Below are positions 58,699 to 64,000 of a DNA stretch of 64,000 bases, one piece after another (the stretch's first letter is position 1; every line of letters starts with the position of its first letter). The notes below the pieces were generated by a model. It ran no database searches. It was not told the origin of the DNA and saw nothing but the letters and a program-made list of their open reading frames with translations. Source of the DNA: Candidatus Peregrinibacteria bacterium. GTDB lineage: Bacteria > Patescibacteriota > Gracilibacteria > UBA1369. The stretch is from assembly GCA_963708185.1 (NCBI GenBank), contig OY970195.1, forward strand, positions 960,001 through 1,024,000, written 5' to 3'. The translations under genes were made by a program, and so were the position numbers.

Positions 58699-59969
58699 GG
58701 GGAATGGTTAATGCTTTTCCACTGTTCCTCGGCGTAATGGTCGGTCATGCCGGCTATATAATCTTTTACCACAACTTCCGGGGCTTCTCCAAGCTTGATC
58801 TTGCTCCTGAACGGCTCGGGTAGCTGTCGTGGTTTTTCAATGTAATACAGAAAAAGTTTTTTGAGAAGCTTTTTGCCGTGTTCGATTTGACGTGAGACCT
58901 TTGGGTTGTAATAGAAGTTTTTCAGGAGGAATTCGCGGAGTTCTTTGAGTTCGGGCTTGATGGTTGCGCTGAAGCCGATGACTTTCCCTTTGTGCCTGCG
59001 GACGTCTTCGACGCTGCGGAGACGGTATTTTTTGATGTTGCGCTCGCTGGTTTTGCAGAGGTCACGGATCATGAGGGAGATCATGCGGCTGATGACCCTG
59101 CTTTTGAAACTTTTAAGCGCAACGTTTTTTTTGATTTTGGGACCGTACTGTTTGAGGACGTCTTTTTCGGCGCGACGCCACAGTTTGAACGTGCGCATGT
59201 CCTGGATTTGGATGAGGCCTGAACGCAAACCGTCGTCGATGTCATGGTTGGTGTAGGCGATTTCGTCTGCGAGGTCGGCGACCTGACTTTCCAGATGCGG
59301 CGACGTCCGGAATTTGATTGTCGCCAGATGGTGCGATTTTTCATGTTTCAGCAGTCCGTCGAGGACTTCAATAGTGAGATTGAGGCCTTCATAGTTCGGG
59401 TTCATGGTTTCGAGCTTTTCGAGGATGCGGCGACTCTGTTCGTTGTGTTCAAAATGGTCGCCTCCGCTTGAGGACGACACTCCGCCTGAACTTCGGTCGC
59501 CTCCGCTTGAGGACGACACTCCGCCTGAACTTCGGTCGCCTCCGCTTGAGGACGACACTCCGCCTGAACTTCGGTCGCCATACTGTTCCATCATTTCATC
59601 AAGGGCATATTCCCCGCCGTGACCGAAGGGCGGATGGCCCAGATCATGCGCCAGGGCGATGGCTTCAGTAAGGTCTTCGTTGAGGCCGAGCGTACGGGCG
59701 ACATCACGGGCGATCTGCGCGACTTCGATGGTATGGGTCATGCGATCGCGGTAGTGATCGCCGTAATAGGAAACAAAGACCTGGGTTTTTGCCTGGAGCC
59801 TGCGGAAAGCTTTGGAATGAATGATCCGGTCGCGGTCGCGCTGGAACGGCGTGCGCGTCGTGTCCGGGCGTTCTTTATGGAAACGCCCCAGACTTTTCGC
59901 TCCGTGCATGGCATACGGGGCGAGGATTTTCTCCTCGTCCCGTATGAGCTCTTTCAGGGTTTTAAGCAT
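58695..59969 (-). CDS. dgt: dGTP triphosphohydrolase (HD family) with an in-frame 39-aa repeat insertion
   Basis: FQRDRDRIIHSKAFRRL..KTQVF, R.TH, HDLGHPPFGH.GE, FEHNEQS, ADEIAY..HDIDDG, DYIAGMTD. Confidence 0.93.
   Translation of the reverse strand: MLKTLKELIRDEEKILAPYAMHGAKSLGRFHKERPDTTRTPFQRDRDRIIHSKAFRRLQAKTQVFVSYYGDHYRDRMTHTIEVAQIARDVARTLGLNEDLTEAIALAHDLGHPPFGHGGEYALDEMMEQYGDRSSGGVSSSSGGDRSSGGVSSSSGGDRSSGGVSSSSGGDHFEHNEQSRRILEKLETMNPNYEGLNLTIEVLDGLLKHEKSHHLATIKFRTSPHLESQVADLADEIAYTNHDIDDGLRSGLIQIQDMRTFKLWRRAEKDVLKQYGPKIKKNVALKSFKSRVISRMISLMIRDLCKTSERNIKKYRLRSVEDVRRHKGKVIGFSATIKPELKELREFLLKNFYYNPKVSRQIEHGKKLLKKLFLYYIEKPRQLPEPFRSKIKLGEAPEVVVKDYIAGMTDHYAEEQWKSINHSP
59456..59579. repeat. Three perfect 39-bp tandem repeats plus a 7-bp terminal duplication, inside dgt
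   Basis: (GGTCGCCTCCGCTTGAGGACGACACTCCGCCTGAACTTC)x3 + GGTCGCC. Confidence 0.95.
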
Positions 59970-59990
59970 TGATAATGCGAAACTTTGCTT

Positions 59991-61685
59991 TTAGATTTTT
60001 CCAAGCTGGTGGAGCTTGAAGAGGACCCTCGCCACTTCCACGCGTGTCATGAAATTCGTCGGGAAAAGGTTTGGATGATTGAAGAGGGCGTTGTCGTAGG
60101 CGTATTTGGCGTACCCGGTAAACCACTGGTTCAGAGCGACGTCATCATATGAAGCGGTCGTGACGGCAGGCATGGTTTCGGTGAGGTTGCGTAAAACGAG
60201 CGCCAGGAATTCTACGCGGTTGACTGATCTGGCTGGGCGATAAAATCCTTTATCGGGTCCGGACAGATACCCAGTGGTTATCGCGAGTGCTTTTGCTCTG
60301 CAGACATACTGGAAAGACCACGCATTTTCCGTGACGTCGGGGAACGGGCTGGCTCCTGAACAGTAATCGATCTGCTGGTCGAACTTGTTGAAGGTTTCGA
60401 GCACGATCTTCATGATCTGATCGCGCTGGAGCAATCCATGAGGAGCAAAGGTTCCGTCGGGATTCCCGGTCATGGCACCGGTGCTTTTGACGTAGGTGAT
60501 GCCCGGACAATCGGGGTCGGTTGGGCTGACGTCTTTAAAGCCGGCGCAATTAGCGACTGGAGGAGTTGATGTGACGGAGAAATCAAATTCCTGGGTAGTT
60601 ATGACGGAAGAGCCGTCATAACCTCCCACTTTAAAAACATAGGATCCTTCCGGGACTTTATTGTTGAGCGCATCTTTCCCGTCCCATGTCAAAGTGTTGC
60701 TGCCATTGGACTGATTGGTCAGAGCCCAGGTCTTGAGCGCTGTATTCAGATTGGTTGAACTGTAGATTGCAGCTGTGATGTTGGCGGCACCGCTGGAGTT
60801 GGAAAGGGTGTAGCCGACGTTGAGCAGGCCGTTATCGGGATCGTAGGGCGTAGGCGTTGCGGTAAGATTAGTGACCGTTGCCGTTGATGTGCTGGGGTTT
60901 GAGATCGCAAAGTTTCCGGTAACATGGTTCGATTCCACTGAAAATCCGTTGACCGATGCCGTAGCCCAAAGGTCGTAGGAGTAACTTCCCACGTTGGCGG
61001 CAGTTCCGTTGAATTTGCCGTCCCAGCTCATGGTCATGTCGCCATCCGTTGATTTTATTTCGGCAATGGTGTCTTCGTCAGAGGAGCTCGCGGATTTTAT
61101 CTTCAACCGGACAATCCAGTTATCACCGGAGTTTCTGGCCAGGTTGTAATTGACAGTGTAGTCCCCGGAGTTCTTGTAATAAACGCTTGCGGGCTGTGCC
61201 GTCAGCGTGACTTCCGGTGCCACGGTCTGGGCCACGTCGATAGGGGTACTGATATAGGTGGCATCGGGGGGCGTGGCTGTGTGGGAGTTGATATAGACGA
61301 CATATTTTCCGTCAGGAACGTACTCGCCGTCCGTGCAGGGGGCGTTGAGGTAGGTCACGTTACACTTTCCGTCCCATTGGAGTTCGTAGTGGCCCGTCTG
61401 AAGATCGTCGGGTCCGACCGGACCAAAATTATACACGGTATTGTCAAATGCATCCTGGATCTCTTCGGTTACGGCACCCGTCGGGTATCCGCCGGTATTG
61501 TAATCGTATTGAATGTCGATGATCGAGTTTTGGCCGGGAACGTTTGAGAAAAAAGGCGTCGGAGAAATAGTGACGTTCTGAATGAGGGAGTTCGCCGCCA
61601 TTGCCAACGGAGCGAAAAGGCTCAGCCCCATCGCGGTGACCAAAATTTTTCCGGTCAGACCGCGGATTTTTCTTTTCAAGGACAT
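59991..61685 (-). CDS. Secreted SLH-domain protein with FlgD-like Ig repeats
   Basis: Signal peptide; three WDGK motifs (two followed by VPDG/VPEG.Y); C-terminal SLH motifs. Confidence 0.85.
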   Translation of the reverse strand: MSLKRKIRGLTGKILVTAMGLSLFAPLAMAANSLIQNVTISPTPFFSNVPGQNSIIDIQYDYNTGGYPTGAVTEEIQDAFDNTVYNFGPVGPDDLQTGHYELQWDGKCNVTYLNAPCTDGEYVPDGKYVVYINSHTATPPDATYISTPIDVAQTVAPEVTLTAQPASVYYKNSGDYTVNYNLARNSGDNWIVRLKIKSASSSDEDTIAEIKSTDGDMTMSWDGKFNGTAANVGSYSYDLWATASVNGFSVESNHVTGNFAISNPSTSTATVTNLTATPTPYDPDNGLLNVGYTLSNSSGAANITAAIYSSTNLNTALKTWALTNQSNGSNTLTWDGKDALNNKVPEGSYVFKVGGYDGSSVITTQEFDFSVTSTPPVANCAGFKDVSPTDPDCPGITYVKSTGAMTGNPDGTFAPHGLLQRDQIMKIVLETFNKFDQQIDYCSGASPFPDVTENAWSFQYVCRAKALAITTGYLSGPDKGFYRPARSVNRVEFLALVLRNLTETMPAVTTASYDDVALNQWFTGYAKYAYDNALFNHPNLFPTNFMTRVEVARVLFKLHQLGKI

Positions 61686-61765
61686 AAAAAAAGTTTATGG
61701 AATATTTTTTTTGATTATATCCCATAATAGGGGAAAAATGTAGGAAATTTCCCGAGTGGTTGCGG

Positions 61766-63538
61766 TCACGTTGCCGACTGCTGGGTCTGGATCTGTTCGG
61801 TGGTGGAACTTTGCTGGGTCGCCGGAGCAGTTGTCGTCGTTGCGGGCTGCGTCGGCGTGGCGTGAATCTTTCCAAGCACTTCGGCCAGTTTGATGATGAG
61901 CGTCGCCAGTTCTGCGCGGGTAATCGGACGATCCGGGCTGAGGGTGTTCGGTCCGGTTCCCTTGACGATTCCGCGATCCCACAACGCGCGGATGTAGGAA
62001 CCCTGGACGGTATTTTCAATATCCAAAAAGAAATTGTACGGATATCCGGCTCCGCAGTTCGGCGTGAAGCAGCCCTGGTGCGCCGGAATTCCAAATGCTT
62101 TGGCCACAAGGATGAACGCTTCTCCGCGGGTGATGGCGCGCTGCGGCGCAAAAAGTGTTGGCGAAACTCCCTGGATGATCTTGCGGTCCCAGGCCGCGCG
62201 GACCCATTGGCTCTGCCACGGGATAAGATCGAGGAACGGTGTTCCGCAGTCGGCGTCGTAACAGCCGAGTTTCGGAGGAACGCCGGCGGCGACAAGGGAA
62301 GCTTTCAGGGCCTCGGCTCGCAGGATCGGCTGGTCCGGATGGAATCCTCCGTCGGGATAACCGGTAAAAATACAGTTGTCGTAGGCGAGCCTGATGAAGT
62401 CTTTTGCCCAGTGGCCGCTGATGTCGTTGGGGTAGTTGATGCCGGGACATTTGCTCGGTTCCGGCGGGGGCGGCGGGGTTGGGGCGGCCGGCTTCACGGC
62501 TTGCGTTGTGGAAGTTGCCTGAGGATTTTGCGCGCCGGTTGTCGCTGCCGTTTCCTGTGTCGCCTCCTGGGTCGGAGCGGGCGGCGCATCTTTCATCACC
62601 TGGATTTTCTGGTAGGAAACGTCCGGTTTGGTGGTCGAGGTCTGTTGGGCACTCACGACAAAATCGTAATCGCCGTCCGCGACCTCGTTATCGTAACTGT
62701 CGACGCCGTTCCAGTTGAAACTGAAGGCCTGGTCGTACATGTTTTTTTGATAGACGAGCGTTTTGACGACCGACGAAGGATCGGGATCGTTCGGAGGCGT
62801 GTAATCCCCTTTCACCACCCATGCCGAAACGGCAGCCGGAGGTTTGAGAACGCAGCGCATGACGCTGATCTGCCCTTCACTGACGATAATCGTGGGGTTG
62901 ATGATTTTGCAGGTGACGATGTCCGGCGCAGGCGTAAGATCCGGCTGGCCCGAACCTGAATCCGTGGTGGCGTTTGAGGAGTTGTTCAATGATTCGGCCG
63001 GCGGCGTGGGATTTGAGTTCTGTTCCGGCGGAGGAGAAGGAGACGGGGATGGGCTCGGCGATGGGCTTATTTGTTGGTTGTTCGGAACCGGCTTATCGAG
63101 AACGTTCACGGAACAGTCCGCCTGGTAGCTGCCGAGTTCGAAATCGTCGAACTGAACATGCGCATTGTAGGTCGAAGCGGTATCGTAACTTGAACTCAAG
63201 GTCTGGCCGGTTCCCGTGACGGCTCCGGTCCATACGTATTGAAGGAGATCGGGATATTGAACGTTCGTGGTTTTTACCGACCAGATAACGGGATCTCCGA
63301 CGTACACCGCAGGAGGGTTTGCCGAACATTCCAGCGTAACGGTCGGGAGCGGCGGGGGTGAAAGTGTTTGTTGGTTTTGCTGATTCTGCTGGATGATCGG
63401 TGATGACTGCTGTTGCTGCAAGAGGAGAGCTTGGATTTCCTGCGGATTCATGCGGCTCAGGAGCGGCACACCGATGCCTACTCCGATGGCCAGGACAAAA
63501 ACGATCGCGGCTTTTATCTTGTGTTTCGGGATTGCCAT
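61766..63538 (-). CDS. SLH-domain surface protein (PKD-like and FlgD-like domains, Pro/Thr linkers)
   Basis: N-terminal TM; WNGVD...VADGDY; DISGHWA, GYPDGGFHPDQPILRAE, ITRAELA. Confidence 0.85.
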   Translation of the reverse strand: MAIPKHKIKAAIVFVLAIGVGIGVPLLSRMNPQEIQALLLQQQQSSPIIQQNQQNQQTLSPPPLPTVTLECSANPPAVYVGDPVIWSVKTTNVQYPDLLQYVWTGAVTGTGQTLSSSYDTASTYNAHVQFDDFELGSYQADCSVNVLDKPVPNNQQISPSPSPSPSPSPPPEQNSNPTPPAESLNNSSNATTDSGSGQPDLTPAPDIVTCKIINPTIIVSEGQISVMRCVLKPPAAVSAWVVKGDYTPPNDPDPSSVVKTLVYQKNMYDQAFSFNWNGVDSYDNEVADGDYDFVVSAQQTSTTKPDVSYQKIQVMKDAPPAPTQEATQETAATTGAQNPQATSTTQAVKPAAPTPPPPPEPSKCPGINYPNDISGHWAKDFIRLAYDNCIFTGYPDGGFHPDQPILRAEALKASLVAAGVPPKLGCYDADCGTPFLDLIPWQSQWVRAAWDRKIIQGVSPTLFAPQRAITRGEAFILVAKAFGIPAHQGCFTPNCGAGYPYNFFLDIENTVQGSYIRALWDRGIVKGTGPNTLSPDRPITRAELATLIIKLAEVLGKIHATPTQPATTTTAPATQQSSTTEQIQTQQSAT

Positions 63539-63608
63539 AAAATATTTTTAACTCTATACAATTTAGCATTTTTTAGGCTAGAATAAAAGCAATTCTTTCA
63601 TCGTGACC

Positions 63609-64000
63609 ATGAAGATAGCAGCGCTTTCAGTACGTTTTCTGGAGCATGCCGAGATCGGCAAAAACCAGTCCATGAAAACGATCGAAAATTACCGGCATTA
63701 TCTCCAACGGTTCATCCAATGGATCGGAGAGAACACCTTGCCGAAAAATATTACGATTGAAAAAATTCAAAATTACCGGCTGTTTTTGAACCGCCTGGAG
63801 GATGAAAAAGGCAAACAGCTTCTGAGTACAAAAACCCAGAACTATCACATTATCGCGCTGCGCGCTTTTTTGAAGTATTTGATTAAAAATGACATTGAAA
63901 CGCTGGCTCCTGAAAAAATCGACCTGAGCAAGATCCCCGAACGAAGCGTTGAATACCTGAGCCGTGAAGAACTGGAACGGCTTTTTGAAGCGGTGGACGG
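63609..64000 (+). CDS. Xer-type tyrosine recombinase, N-terminal part (runs off the window)
   Basis: Manual translation MKIAALSVRFLEHAEIGKNQSMKTIENYRHYL...TQNYHIIALRAFLKYL...LAPEKIDL...YLSREELERL; catalytic residues lie outside the window. Confidence 0.85.
   Translation, partial: MKIAALSVRFLEHAEIGKNQSMKTIENYRHYLQRFIQWIGENTLPKNITIEKIQNYRLFLNRLEDEKGKQLLSTKTQNYHIIALRAFLKYLIKNDIETLAPEKIDLSKIPERSVEYLSREELERLFEAVD

Noticed and set aside
59456-59579. CRISPR array
   Set aside because: The repeats are head-to-tail with no spacers, lie in frame within a CDS, and no cas genes are present
1-64000. Genetic code 25 (UGA = Gly) as in Gracilibacteria/Absconditabacteria
   Set aside because: Conserved genes (dnaJ, tkt) end at TGA at the expected length, and long ORFs are uninterrupted under code 11
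63609-64000. Integrase marking a mobile element
   Set aside because: The sequence resembles the housekeeping Xer-type recombinase of CPR, and no att sites or cargo are visible

Overview
Chromosomal window from a bacterium that looks like Patescibacteria/CPR, most likely Peregrinibacteria-like. This is an inference from the many SLH-domain surface proteins, pyrimidine-rich gene starts without Shine-Dalgarno sites, a CPR-type Xer recombinase, and the standard code with TGA as stop. Housekeeping content: a large S-layer gene, tRNA-Glu(CTC), dnaJ, tRNA-Lys(TTT), a pentose-phosphate operon (zwf-tkt-tal-pgi-cyclase family), ppdK, NAD kinase, pcrA, an L,D-transpeptidase, a lipoylation plus pyruvate dehydrogenase cluster, nrdR, dgt and xer. 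Two loci stand out. (1) About 29.1-38.7 kb: a CHASE2 adenylate/guanylate cyclase flanked by four proteins with myxobacterial hallmarks (MYXO-CTERM-like tails, DAG/DGG Gly-rich linkers, and in three of them a lipobox followed by E-x-LG-xxxx-AL) and degenerate FecR-like domains. Three of these form a mosaic tandem array with swapped modules. (2) About 14.6-24.2 kb: pbpC, an ECF sigma factor and an alpha-2-macroglobulin whose N-terminus looks like a membrane-anchored anti-sigma domain. Single-base indels in zwf, ppdK (two) and the M23 gene suggest long-read consensus errors. All assignments come from reading motifs by eye; no searches were run.
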